Below the pieces are notes generated by a model that saw only the letters and a list, made by a program, of their open reading frames with translations, made no database searches and was not told the DNA's origin. DNA of 63,848 bases, counting the filler, from Octopus bimaculoides (Eukaryota): the NCBI RefSeq assembly GCF_001194135.2. It is 7 parts of 7 records of this genome, joined end to end, with 100 filler letters (N's around TTAATTAATTAA, not from the genome) between each part and the next. Parts side by side here need not be neighbours in the genome. Positions count along the whole stretch, not along the records: positions 1 to 17,135 come from NC_068985.1; positions 17,236 to 31,391 come from NC_068986.1; 5 more parts are not named here. One strand, 5' to 3'. Made by a program: the position numbers and the translations under genes. Of the stretch, positions 11,544 through 24,227 are shown in pieces. How positions within the stretch are numbered: position 1 is the first letter of the stretch; the number at the start of each line of letters is the position of its first letter.

Positions 11544-11967
11544 TCCTGTATTTCCTTGTATACATGAAATATCGTATACATGAAATATCGTAGACATGAA
11601 GTATCCAATGTGTCCAATTTTTAAGATGATATTTGAGGAAGATTTGATAGCTATTTTTAAGAGGTCAGTGACACTACAGTCCTGTATTTCCTTGTATACA
11701 TGAAATATTGTATACATGAAATATCGTAGACATGAAATATCGTAGACATGAAATATCATAGACATGAAGTATCCAATGTGTCCAATTTTTAAGATGATAT
11801 TTGAGGAAGATTTGATAGCTATTTTTAAGAGGTCAGTGACACTACAGTCCTGTATTTCTTTGTATACATGAAATATCGTAGACATGAAGTATCCAATGTG
11901 TCCAATTTTTAAGATGACATTTGAGGAAGATTTGATAGCTATTTTTAAGAGGTCAGTGACACTACAG
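11544..11967. repeat. Three-copy tandem repeat (136, 168 and 120 bp) with a nested 16-bp unit
   Basis: Units start at 11544, 11680 and 11848. The inner ACATGAAATATCGTAG unit is present 2, 4 and 1 times, which accounts for the length differences exactly. Confidence 0.9.
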
Positions 11968-11969
11968 AA

Positions 11970-12440
11970 ACTATCTTGTTTGCTAAGATTAATCAGGTAG
12001 TACAGGAAGGAGCTACTTCCAATGACTGGTATAACAGCATCAATGGCAATTACTACAAAGGCAATGGAAAGGGACCAGTGAGAGGGAAATTTCACGAGTG
12101 TCAAACTCAAGGACTGAATCATGAAAGTAACAAATAGAGCTTCTGCAAAGTTAATTCAGGACGAGAATAACAAAGGCAAGATATTGTTTGGGCTTATTCA
12201 AGGATACAGAATCATAAATAGCAAGTTTTTATGTGATGCAACAGCAAGAGAGAATTTCATCCCAGAAGAAACTATTCTATTGTGTATTCTTAATTTGGAA
12301 AAGTATTTCAAAAGTCACCCTCACCTGCAGTCTAAATATTAAAGAAACTAGTGGTAGATAAACGGTTTGAGAAAATTTTAGGATGCAGTTAGAAAGATTA
12401 CAGTTGGTAGTGACTTCAGTAAGGAATTCAGTGTATTTAA
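11970..12440 (+). mobile_element. Ancient RTE reverse-transcriptase fragment
   Basis: Degenerate INQVVQEG...NDW...YKG and MKVTNR...LFGLIQG...LNLEKYF correspond to RTE RT motifs (QFGF, DLEKAFD). Confidence 0.6.
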
Positions 12441-12752
12441 GTACTTAGGACTATAATACTAGAATTTAGGATTGGTTATTTTTTGGCCCTTTATATACTA
12501 AGCTAAGATCTTTATATGGTAACCTTGTTCTTATAGCAGCTTCTGTGGTAGAGTTGCAGAAGAACATACATGCATGCATAAATAAATGCACACACATATA
12601 AAGCAAGCAAAATAATGGAGAGGTTGGTGTGGATACCTGGATCCCCTTTCATTTGCCATATACATATACAAGGCATATATAAAATATATATTATTTATAT
12701 AATATATAACAACATATATAGATGATATAAAAAAATAGTATATAATATATAT

Positions 12753-13144
12753 AGGCGCAAGAGTGGCTGTGTGGTAAGAAGTTTGCTTCCCAACCACATG
12801 GTTCCAGGTTCAGTCCCACTGCATGGCACCTTTGACAAGTATTTCCTTCTATAGCCTCAGGCCAGACAATGCTTGTGAGTGGATTTGGTAGATGGAAACT
12901 GAAAGAAGCCCGTCATATATAAATATATATATGTATGTATTTATGTGTCTGTGTTTGTCCCCCCACCATTGCTTGACAACTGATTTTGGTGTTTATGTCC
13001 CAGTAACTTAGAGGTTTGGCAAAAGGAAACCGATAGAATGAGTACTAGGTTTACAAAGAATAAGTCCTGGGATCAAATTGTTCGACTAAAGGCGATGCTC
13101 CAGCATGGATGCAGTCAAATGACTGAAACAAGTAAAAGAATGAA
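12753..13144 (+). mobile_element. tRNA-derived SINE, family A (head + internal AT/GT microsatellite + tail type 1), CpG-decayed copy
   Basis: A-box-like TGGCTGTGTGG and B-box-like GGTTCAGTCCC; collinear with the copies at 27345 and 62635. Confidence 0.85.
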
Positions 13145-13154
13145 ATATATATCA

Positions 13155-14915
13155 TTATCATCATCATTGTTTAACATCCGCTTTCCATGCTGAATTGGGT
13201 TCGACAATTTGACTGAGGACTGGCAAGCCAGGAAGCTGCACCAGGCTCTAATCTGATCTAGCAAGGTTTCTACAGCTGGATACCCTTCCTAACGCCATCC
13301 ACTCTGAGAGTGTAGTGGGTGCTTTTTATGTGCTACTGGTATGGGGGCCAGTCAGGCATACTGGCATCGACCACACATGAATCGTGCTTTTTACATGCCA
13401 CCAGTACGTATGGAAGCCAATCAGGTGGCACTGGCATCAACCATGCTCGAATGGTGCTCTTTATGTGCTACCGGGACGGGAACAGTCAAGCGACACTGGC
13501 ATTTACCACACTCGTATGGTGTTTTTTATATGCCACTGGCATGAGATTCAGTCCGGTGGGACTGGCATTGACCATGCTCGAATGGTGCGTTTCACATGCC
13601 AGTCAGGCAGTACTGGAATCAGCCACGACAATGATTTAACTTGACTCAACAGGTCTTCTCAAGCATAGTATATATCCCAATGATTGAAGGGCACACTTAA
13701 ATGGGCCGGTTATGCGACACTGGCATAGGCCATGACTACGTCTCACTTGACTAGCTGGGTCTTCTCAAGCACAGCATATCTCCAAAGGTCTTGGTTGTTT
13801 GTCATTGCTCCTGTGAGGCCCAACTTTTGAAGGTCATGCTTCACCACCTCATCCCATGCCTTCCTGGGTCTACCTCTTCCACAGGTTCCCTCCACTGTTA
13901 GGGTGTGACACTTTTTCATACAGCTGTCCTCATCCATACACAACACATGACCATAACAGTGCAGTTGTCTTTCTTGCACAGCACATCTGATGCTTCTTAG
14001 GTCCAACTTTTCTCTCGGGGCACTTACATTCTGTTGTGTATGCACACTGACATTACACATCCAGCAGAGCATACTAGTATCATTTCTTGCTTACACATGT
14101 CTTCAGCAGTCACAGCCCATGTTTTACTGCTGTGTAGCATGGCTGTTCGCACACATGCATCATACAGTTTACCTTTCACTCTGAGCGAGAGGCCTTTTGT
14201 TACCAGCAGAGGTAGGAGCTCTCTGAACTTTACCCGGGATATTCTTATTCTAGCAGCTACGCTCTCAGAGCATCCACCCCCACTACTGACTTGGTCACCT
14301 AGCTATCAACTACTTCTATTTTTTCCTGCTACAATGTGACAGAAGCTGTTTTCGCACATTTTCAGTGTTTATTGCCCCTGTGCATCTTCTACACACAAAA
14401 ATTATTTTCCTAATTAGCCTCCCTTTGATATTGCTGCACCTCTTATTTGTCCATAGCTTACACTGGATACATCTTATAGAGTTTCTACCTATCCTTTTCT
14501 ACAGATTGAGCAGGGCCATCCACCTGAAGGGATTTGGGATTTGCCTGCCTTCCTACTTAGTAAGACTTTGGTTTTGCTAGATTGATTCTAAGGCCCTTTG
14601 ATTCTAATCTTTGCTTCCACACCTGAAACTTCTCCTCTAGTTCTGATAGTGACTCAGCTATTTAGAGCAAGGTCATCAGCATAGAGGAGCTCCCAGGTGC
14701 ATCCTGTCTTGAATTCCTCTGTTATCGCCTGGAGACCTATGATGAATAAGAGGGGGCTGAGGACTGATCCTTGGTGGGCCCTACCCCTACCTGGATTTCT
14801 TCAATATACTCGCTGCCAACCTTCACTTTAATGACAGCATCCCTGTACATGGCTTGTACAGCTCTCAATAACCACTCATCTATCCCTAGTTTCCGCATTG
14901 ACTACCAGATGAAGT
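13155..14915 (-). mobile_element. 5'-truncated RTE LINE with a PHD-like finger in ORF2 and a tandemly repeated 3' UTR
   Basis: Minus strand shows WELLYADDLAL (YADD about 14672-14683), EKFQVWKQRLESKGL and RGRGRPRKAWDEVVKHDL. A (GAT)n tail lies at about 13155-13168. Confidence 0.92.
13319..13625. repeat. Five diverged 65-70-bp tandem units in the RTE 3' UTR
   Basis: Units beginning GTGC(T/G)(T/C)TTTA.. start at about 13319, 13384, 13454, 13519 and 13585. The first four contain CTGGCAT and the fifth has CTGGAAT. Confidence 0.75.
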
Positions 14916-15469
14916 CAAATCTATCCTTAGAAATGGTGACAATACCAGAAATGTTGAAAAATAGACATCTAAGTTTGTGGAAAATCTTAATGTGATAGAG
15001 CGAAATGGATTTCATTTTTGAAATCAGCACCCCAGAATTAGTAGGAAACATGTCTCCAACATCAGACAACAAATCCCTGTTACCCAGTGTAATTTATATA
15101 ATGTATATAATATATATAAATTACATATATATTATTTTTATAACAAATACATAATTATCACTGCCATCATTGGCTGGATGTCCACTTTTACAAACTTGCA
15201 TGAGCCAAACAAAACCTATTGAAGCAGATACTTTTTGGAAACTGGTGATAGAAAGACTAAGAAGTGAGTTGATATTTTCCCTAGCTTTGGATAATGAATT
15301 TGATGGCCAGACATACTTTTGTGAAGTGTAAACATTTGTGTGTGTGTACATTGTTTAATGTACACTGTATAAAGACAGGAGCTACTAATAATTTGTTACA
15401 ATGAAGACATGAGGCTAGACAGGTTTTTATAATGTACCATGTGTCTCCAAGCAATTCTCAGGCTCTGAG

Positions 15470-16250
15470 CACATTGTTCTATTTGAAAACCAGGACACTT
15501 GTACATTAAAAATCACAAGAAAAAATGAAAAAAAAAAACCGAGAAAGTTGCAGCCCCCTACTATAACAATGCCCTAGCTAACAGAAGTTTCAAAAATAAG
15601 ATATATTACAATACTTCAAGTAAAAATATGAAACTTAAAAATAGACCCCCACCACCACTCTAAATGCTGATAAAGACAAGAAATTCCTATCTCTTTTAGA
15701 CAAGCATTTCCTAGTAAACCATAAATACAGGAAGATTTTTTTTAATAGTTGCACAATAAAAATGTCACACAGCTGCTTTCTCAATATGGAGAACATTATC
15801 ACTCATAAGCATCATTAAGAGTGTAATCTTAATTGTAACTGCCTAGACCTTGAAGCTTGCCCATTTGATCAGGCATGTATGATAAACTCTGTCATCTATG
15901 TGGCAGAAGTCACAAAAATGCTTCAAGATAACGTAACTGAAAAGAAAAATTAGATCAGTTTATGCAAAGGCAATTTCAAAAGACATTATGCAAGCCACAA
16001 GTCTTACTTCCAGCACATTGACCAAAGTAAAGCCACTAAGTTGGTTAGCCACATATGGGGTTTGAAGAGCAACAACACACCATTTATAGAGAATTGTAAT
16101 GGAATCCATGCCATATATAAATGGGTCTAAGAAATGTAATTTATGCATAACAGAAAGATTGCACATTCTTTTTCAATCCAAGAATTCCACCACACTATTC
16201 CAGACCCAAAATGTTCAGCAAATGCAAGCATATGGACAAATTTCTTTTAG
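15470..16250 (+). mobile_element. Second Penelope-like element fragment (GIY-YIG end), different family from 6170-7075
   Basis: Frameshifted translation gives FLSLLDKHF...KIFFN..TIKMSHSC, CNCLDLEACPFDQACMINSVIYVAEV, LCKGNFKRHYASHKSYFQH and PYINGSKKCNLCITERLHILF. Confidence 0.8.
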
Positions 16251-16850
16251 CACACTGGAGGACACCGCCCTCTCTGGACTGAGCGGCTGTCTTGTAGACT
16301 TTGGACTCTTCTTTGTTGACTTATTCTATAACAACTAGTTTAATTATGACTTCTATGGTCAAAGGGGAGGTAACTCTAATTTTTTTTCTTTGTTTTCTTT
16401 CTGTTTTTATTCACCCTTCTATTTTTTGCATCAACCATGTACTCATTTTTTTCTCATGTACCAGTGTCCTGATTTTCAAATGAAATAGACCATGTGCTCA
16501 GAGACTGAAATTGCTGAACTAAGCACATAATAAAAACCTACCTTCATAGCAAGAAAATATTAGTAGTTCTTATTTTTATACAGAGTACATAAAATGATTC
16601 TTATCTCTCACTGAATGGAGTACTTTTTTGTTGATCTTACCTTAACAGAACAGTGAACTATATATCTTTTATCTTTTTATCTTTCACTTGTTTCAGACAT
16701 TAAAGGGATTTAGTGGAACAAATCAACCCTAGAACTTATCTTTTAAAATCTAGTACTCATTCTATCGGCCTCTTTTGCCAAACCGCTAAGTTACGGGGAC
16801 GTAAACATACCAACAACAGTTGTTGGGGACAAACACAGACACAAAGGCAC

Positions 16851-17135
16851 ATCATCATCATCATCGTTTAACGTCCGCTTTCCATGCTAGCATGGGTTGG
16901 ACGATTTGACTGAGGACTGGTGAAACCGGATGGCAACACCAGGCTCCAGTCTGATTTGGCAGAGTTTCTACAGCTGGATGCCCTTCCTAACGCCAACCAC
17001 TCAGAGAGTGTAGTGGGTGCTTTTACGTGTCACCCGCACGAAAACGGCCACGCTCGAAATGGTGTCTTTTATGTGCCACCTGCACAAGCCAATCCAGGGG
17101 CACTGGCAACGATCTCGCTCGAGAATCCTACAGGA
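16851..17135 (-). mobile_element. Young RTE 3' end, cut by the scaffold end and adjoining a SINE-A tail (16683-16842, minus)
   Basis: Same family as 13155-13330 but with CpGs intact; begins with (CAT)n on the plus strand. Confidence 0.85.
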
Positions 17136-17235
17136 NNNNNNNNNNNNNNNNNNNNNNNNNNNNNNNNNNNNNNNNNNNNTTAATTAATTAANNNNNNNNN
17201 NNNNNNNNNNNNNNNNNNNNNNNNNNNNNNNNNNN
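17136..17235. other. Synthetic 100-bp scaffold spacer (N44-TTAATTAATTAA-N44)
   Basis: The identical structure occurs at 31392-31491, 39808-39907, 51757-51856, 53766-53865 and 61677-61776. The 12-mer gives stop codons in all six frames. Confidence 0.95.
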
Positions 17236-19233
17236 TATATTTGTGTGTGTGTGAGTGTGTGTTTGTCCTCCACCACCACTTAACAACTGGTGTGTTTACA
17301 CCCCCATAACTTAGCAGTACAGTAAAAGACAAAAATAATGTTACACAGTATTACGTATGGGTTGTGATTTTGTGGTGTGTTTCTTTCATTGGTCACCTAC
17401 TATCTTACCTACCATCAATCCACAGTTCATAATTGTTTTTTAATGCTTCATCAGGGTAATGATAGGTCAATCTCTATTCATTTGAGTTAGTTACCTTTTT
17501 CCTGTAGCATGCAGCAGGTGATAATCAATCTGTACAAGATGCAGCTGATAATGTCACAGAGTGTCAAAGTAATTTAAATATCGACACACTCGCAACTCAT
17601 TAGCAGCTTATTTCTTGTCCTCAGGCACACACACACGCACGCGTGCGCACAATGCTATATTGAGGTTTGATCTTTTTAATCTTGACATTGTGCAAGCATC
17701 AAACAGGTGAGGAATGATTGGATGAGAAGACAATGTGATATTTACAAAAAAGAAAAAAAAAAGGTGTTTTAGTTCCATGCCAGCTCTGATTGAACAGCAG
17801 ACTTAAGATCAAAGCTGGTGGCAGGTGATGATGATTCCTGGTACTTAAGCCATAAAAGAAAGACAAAAACAAAAAAAACAAAAAACTATCAAAGCCATAT
17901 CTTTTTAGCTGCTTCAATGAAAACGAAAGATTTACATTAAAATCAGATTTGTATTCATTTATATATGTATATGTTAGGCATGCATTATAAGTAGGCTTTG
18001 CATTCATCTAGGAAATTGCCTTGCATCAACAATGTAAACATTTATCCTTGTTTCAGTCATTGAACTGTGACAATGCTGGGGTACCATGAAACTTTTTCTC
18101 AAGCAAACTACAAGAGCTTTATGCTCTGCTATGGTTCCTATAACTAAATACCCTTTCCAATACCAATCACTTTACAGCAAGTACTGGGTGTTTTTTTTTG
18201 TTTTTTTCATGCCACGAGCACTAGTGAGGTTGCCATCTGACTTGCAAAACTACGAGCCCTGAGGTGGGGTGGTTTATACTGGGAGATGAAGGGACCAGAG
18301 CAGGACAGATTTCTTGTGGTAAATGAGCTATATGACTACCCACATTTTAAAAGAGTGGGTGAAAGTAATTGGGTGGAGCCGGAAAGAGATAAAAATTGCG
18401 GTGAGGAGGTGTTCGTTCTGATGGATTCTCAAGGTAGGAGGAGAGTGGGGACAGAGGAACCAGAAGCATAGGTGAGTAGAGGCTGCAAGTGTGAGTGAAG
18501 GTAATCAAGCAACAAGTGTAAAGATCTGTTGGGGTTGAAGGGTGGATGCAGTGAACAGTGAAGAAAGGGTGAGGTGTGACTAATGATGCATGAGTTGAGG
18601 GGAGGCAGGGAGGGTTGAAGATGATAACTATTGTCATATCTCTTAATTATTATTACTGTTAACTAACTATACTTCATCTATTATCAGGTCACATATACTG
18701 GTTTTTGTATGGTTTTTTTTTTCTTATTTTTAAAATTTGGTCACTCACTTTTACTGATCTTGGTTGTCCTTGCAATTCTGTATAGTCTTGACATACCAGT
18801 TTTCATCACTTTCTCACTTGTGTGTGTATACTATGTATATTATGTGTGTGTGTGTTTACTATGTATATATGAGTGTGTGTGTGTGTATATACTTTGTTTA
18901 TCTGTGTTTAAATTATGTATATGTGTGTTTATACTATGTGTATGTGTATGTATACTGTATGTGTATATACTGTGTATAAGAATGTGTGGGTATACTAAAT
19001 ATGTGTGCATATAGATATTATGTGTGTGTGATTACTATGTATATATATGAGTGTGTGTGTGTGTATACTTTGTTTATCTGTGTTTATATTATGTATATGT
19101 GTGTTTATAATGTGTATGTGTGTGTATGTATACTGTATATGTATATACTGTGTATGAGTATGTGTGGATATACTAAATATGTGTGCATATATATTATGTA
19201 TACTATGTGTATAAATATGATAATAAATATAAA

Positions 19234-19272
<39 letters not shown>

Positions 19273-19282
19273 NNNNNNNNNN

Positions 19283-19316
<34 letters not shown>

Positions 19317-19586
19317 TACACATACACACTCAAACATACTTTCCTACATCTTCGTTGTTCATAAGAGTTCTTACATTAAAGGGTTTCTCAACAGGTTCCC
19401 TAGTCTGTGGTTCTCTGGTGTCAAAGTTACATATATCATTCCAGAAGCTGTATCTCTATTTGCTGAATGTCACCTTGGCTCTGCCAACTCTGGTAATCAA
19501 CTGATTATGATATTTCTACTTCATCATGTCTGCATCCATACTCAGTGGTAGCTGTTCACTTAGTGCAATTGTCATTGTTGTTGGTA

Positions 19587-19988
19587 CAGGTGTGGCTGTA
19601 TAGTAAAGAGGTTTACTCCCCAGCCATGTTGGTTCAGTTCCTCTGCATGGCACATTGGGAAAGTGTCTTTTACTGTAGACCCTGGCTGATCAAATCTTTG
19701 TGAGTGGTTTTGGTAGACAGAAGCCGAAAGAAGTTTGTTGTTGTGTGTGAGTGAACCCTTGTTTAGGCATTACATGATGATTGTAAATGAGCATCACCGT
19801 CATACAAGTGAGGTTGTTCATTTGCAGTCTTCCATGAAAAACCTGTCTGGTCATGGGGAAATATTACTTTGCTTGGAAACAAGTGAGGGTTGGCAACAGG
19901 AGTCATCTTATCATAGACAATCTGCCTCAATGAATTCCATTTGACCCATGCAAGCAAGGGAAAGTAGACATTAAATGATGATTATGAT
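19587..19988 (+). mobile_element. SINE with family-A head and RTE-like tail type 2
   Basis: Collinear with 7509-7910 and with the minus-strand copy at 24850-25328. Confidence 0.75.
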
Positions 19989-20039
19989 GTTGAGAATAGG
20001 AAGCTGTTGTGTCTTTCTCTTCTTACAAAGTCAGTTTTA

Positions 20040-21140
20040 CCACTTTTGTTGTGGTGTCAGTCTGAAGGATAATGATACATTTAAGGAAGTTTTTCCTTGA
20101 CTTTAGGCAAGAGTGAATTGCTGTTTGGTCAAATGTAGGATGTCAATTATGTATTTACTACTGCTGACGATTTTTTTTCCATACTTGGTGCTTGTCTAAT
20201 GGCTGGTGGGGCTATTCCTGCTAGAATACAGAGATGATATCCGTTGATCTATAACACTGTATAACATGATTTTTGTCCTTGGGTAGCAACTGTTATTTCC
20301 TCTTTGCTTATCCCCAGAAAGCATGAAAAATGGCTAATATTTCCTTCACACTTTGCTTTTGTTACATTTATTCAAACCCCAAAGAATTCCTCATAGCACG
20401 TGGCTATGATGCTCCCCCACCACTCTTGCTCATGATCAGAGATGCCCATATTGTCAGCCATTAAGGGACATACTCAAGTGGTTATGGTCAAGCAACTGAC
20501 AAGCAAATCTGTGGTATTGAGTAGAATATTTGCTATAACGATATTTCTGCTTCAGCAACTCAGAGCTTAATCTGTCTGAAATGTAATAGAAAATTGGTTA
20601 GTTTCAAAACACTGATGTCCAGGTCACAAAAGCAAAGTTTGAAAGGAAATAGTAGTAATTTCCTTTGATTTCTAGAATGAAGCAAATAGGAAATAATACT
20701 TGCTGACCAAAGGCATAAAAATAAAAAAAACTTGTTACTCTGTGATCAGTTGACAGAAAACATTATGGGTGTAGATTTAGCTGTTCAGCTTAGTAGATCT
20801 TTCCATACTGGGCTGGTGTAGTCATCTATGCAGCTGCAGTGAATTAGGGCAGTTGAAATAAAGGTCTGAGGAATTGCAGGTTGCCTTTTGCTTGTGAGCT
20901 TATTGACAATGCTGCCAGCACACATTTTTGCTTTCAGTCTTCTGGATGTGGATCTTGAAATTGAGACAGTTATCAAGGGTGACATCTAATTACACTGGGT
21001 ACCACAATAGTCAAGGGACCAAAGCATCAAATTCAAGTTACTTGTAGCTGTTATTTTGCTTCAGGGATTTATTACTTCAATGGCAAGCACTCGCTTATCT
21101 CTGAGATGGTCTGACACTGAGGTCGTTAGATCTTGTTGTG
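20040..21140 (-). mobile_element. Decayed LINE ORF2 C-terminal region (clade not assigned), interrupted at about 20330-20720
   Basis: LDVTLDNCLNFKIHIQKT (about 20985-20935), DYTSPVW, ILAGIAPPAIR and SCLKSRKNF occur in the expected order on the minus strand. Confidence 0.65.
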
Positions 21141-21144
21141 GTAA

Positions 21145-21780
21145 CATTATGTCCACTTCTTTTCTTTTCTTTAGCCTACCCCCTTTTCTCTTTAGAAAAC
21201 TCTCTTTTCATTAGCCTATCCCTTTTGTCATTAGCTTATCCTTCTTCTCTTTAGTCCACTCCCCCTCTTCTCAGCCTACCTGTCGTCTATTAGCCTACCC
21301 CTTATTCTCTTTAGCCCACTCTCTCTCTCTCTCTTCTCTTAGCCTACCCCCTATTCTGTTTAGCCCATTCTCTCTCTTATCTTAGCCTATCCTCTATTCT
21401 CTTTAGCCCTCTCTCTCTCTCTCTTCTATTAGCCTACCCCCTATTCTGTTTAGGCCATTCTCTCTCTTATCTTAGCCTACCCCTATCCTCTTTAGCCCAC
21501 CCTCTCTCTTCTATTAACCTCCTCTTTTCCTCTTTTGCCTATTCCCTCTTCTCTTTTGCTCAATCTCTATCTCTCTTTCTTTTTAACCTACCCCCCTCTT
21601 CTCTCNNNNNNNNNNCCCTTCTTTCACTTCACCTCTTTCTTCTTTAGCCTCACCCCCCCTTTAACCTTATTCTTTTTCTTTTTTTTACCCTAGTCTCACT
21701 TTCTCTTCTCAACATAATCTCCTTAACCTCACCCTCACCAACTCTTTTCCTCGTCCTCATCCCCACCAAATGCTTCTTCT
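21145..21780. repeat. Pyrimidine-rich minisatellite built on TTAGCC(T/C)AC(C/T)C units
   Basis: More than ten degenerate TTAGCCTACCC / TTAGCCCACTC units separated by CT tracts. Confidence 0.75.
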
Positions 21781-22769
21781 GTCAACTGTATTTCAACTTT
21801 TTCTCCCTCTCTGATATGTGATAGGTAGCAGGTTGTGCGTATTCTGACATGTATCTTGTTACAGTAGAGTAGTTTATTCTTGCCATTAGTGCAAACAAGT
21901 CAGACAGATAGCTAGGACGTAACACCAGCATGTGTAAGTTCTAACCTGCTATTTCACTTCGTAATTTCATAATTAACAACTATCTTTTACATCTTTGCTT
22001 GTGTTGTAAGTGTTTAAATGTGTACATGTATTCGTGTGTGTATATGTTTATACATTCACATATGTGTGTGTGTGTATGCTTGTACATGCATGTGAGTGAA
22101 TGTATATGTTTGCACATGCATACATGTGCATGTATGTGTCATTTATCCTGCAATGGTATATAGTTATTGCAGGGTGTGTGCTACTGTGCTTGGACTGATT
22201 ACTTGCGCTTAAATGGTTCTCAAGAACCAATATACACTCTTACTCTCGCTTTTTATCTTTTACTTGTTTCAGTCATTGGACTGTGGCCAAGCTGGGGCAC
22301 CATCTTAAAGTGATCTTATAGATCAAATCACACTCAGTACTTATCTTTTTAAAGTTTGGTACTAATGCTATCAGTTTCTTTTGCCAAACCACTAAGTTAG
22401 GAAATGTCAACAATCTAACACAGGTTGTCAAATTATAGGAGGATAGACACTAACACAAAATCACACACACACACGTGCATTTTAAATATAGTTTTTTGTT
22501 TTTGAAGAAAAACAATGCAGGTTAAAAATTAAAAGTACTGGTCAATGATTAGTAATATTGCCTGATATTTCTATATTTCATAGTTAGGATCCCTTCTTCA
22601 GGAAATCTAAAGAGAAAAGGTGTTGATAGCTCTCAATAAACATTTAAAACATTTATGTATGTATTATATATCTACAAAACTATACTGTGTGTGTGTGTTG
22701 AGTGTGTGTGTATGTATGTATGTATGTATGTATGTATATATACATGTGTATATTTATGTGTAAGTGTGC

Positions 22770-22807
<38 letters not shown>

Positions 22808-23839
22808 NNNNNNNNNNNNNNNNNNNNNNNNNNNNNNNNNNNNNNNNNNNNNNNNNNNNNNNNNNNNNNNNNNNNNNNNNNNNNNNNNNNNNNNNNNNNN
22901 NNNNNNNNNNNNNNNNNNNNNNNNNNNNNNNNNNNNNNNNNNNNNNNNNNNNNNNNNNNNNNNNNNNNNNNNNNNNNNNNNNNNNNNNNNNNNNNNNNNN
23001 NNNNNNNNNNNNNNNNNNNNNNNNNNNNNNNNNNNNNNNNNNNNNNNNNNNNNNNNNNNNNNNNNNNNNNNNNNNNNNNNNNNNNNNNNNNNNNTATATA
23101 TATATATATATAAAGAGGATATTTTCAATTTCCATCTACTAAATTCACTCACAAGGCTTTGGTTAGCCTGGGGTTATAGTAGAAGACACTTGTCAAAGTG
23201 CCAGGCACTGGGACTGAATTCAAAGCCCAATGGTTAGGAAGCAAACTTCTTATCACACTGCCATGTCTTCAAATATCAAGGTAATTTCTGTGCATAATGT
23301 GATCTTTATCCTTGACTTAATCCCTCTTTCTGAGTGTGTATTATTAGATTTGGAAGAAAATTAGAACAGAATTATTATGAAGAAAATTTTACCATCTTTT
23401 GAGGGTGTGCAGCTGTCTCTCAGAATACATGCCTTCTCCACCCACCTCTGGTGGTGACCTGAAATGTCAAAGGTGTATTCCTTATTAAGATGTTATCTTC
23501 ATGTCATGTATCTAAATTTAATCACTGTACCCTCATACCTGAGCCTATTCATTTCTAAATGTTATTTGTGGAGAGGGGGGATTTGAACTAAGCACTAAAT
23601 ACTAACTACATACCACTCATGCATTTGTCAGTGATACCGTTTCCTCATCTCCTCCTCTCTTACAAGATGCAGTAGTCAGCTGTAGCTGACTACCCCATCA
23701 AAAGTAACTCTTAGTGATTTCCATTATCAATACTGCACTCTACTGGTGTGGTAATCTGTCATCATCTATCAATAACTATTCTGTTTTATAGACTAATGGA
23801 AGTGTCTTCTACGCGGGAATTTAACCTGGCAGATATAGT

Positions 23840-24227
23840 TATTGTTGTTGGCACTCTGTCACTTACAACATCGAGGGTTCCAGTTGATCCGATCACCAGA
23901 ACAGCCTGCTCATGAAATTAACGTACAAGTGGCTGAGCACTCCACAGACACGTGTACCCTTAACGTAGTTCTCGGGGATATTCAGCATGACACAGTGTGA
24001 CAAGGCTGACCCTTTGAATTACAAGCACAACAGAAACAAGAATTAAGAGTGAGAGAAAGTTGTGGTGAAAGAGTACAGCAGGATTCGCCACCATCCCCTG
24101 CCGGAGCCTTGTGGAGCTTTAGGTGTTTTTGCTCAATAAATACTCACAACGCCTGGTCTGGGAATCGAAACTGCGATCCTATGACTGTGAGTCCACTGCT
24201 CTAAGCACTGGGCCATTGCGCCTCCAC
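23840..24227 (-). mobile_element. tRNA-derived SINE, family C, full length with TSD
   Basis: Minus-strand head GTGGAGGCGCAATGGCCCAGTG... has A/B-box-like motifs and a (CAA)n tail. TSD TGGCAGATATAGT lies at 23827-23839 and 24228-24240. A second copy is at 47016-47405. Confidence 0.9.

Noticed and set aside
13319-13625. Regularly spaced repeats of about 65 bp resembling a CRISPR array
   Set aside because: The whole units are homologous, with no unique spacers. They lie in an RTE 3' UTR in a eukaryotic genome.
17180-17191. Recurrent TTAATTAATTAA motif
   Set aside because: It is always centred in exactly 44+44 Ns, so it is an assembly linker.
17508-17568. AG...GT-bounded open segment (HAAGDNQSVQDAADNVTECQ)
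   Set aside because: The donor is weak, equally plausible splice patterns exist on the opposite strand, and there is no supporting homology.
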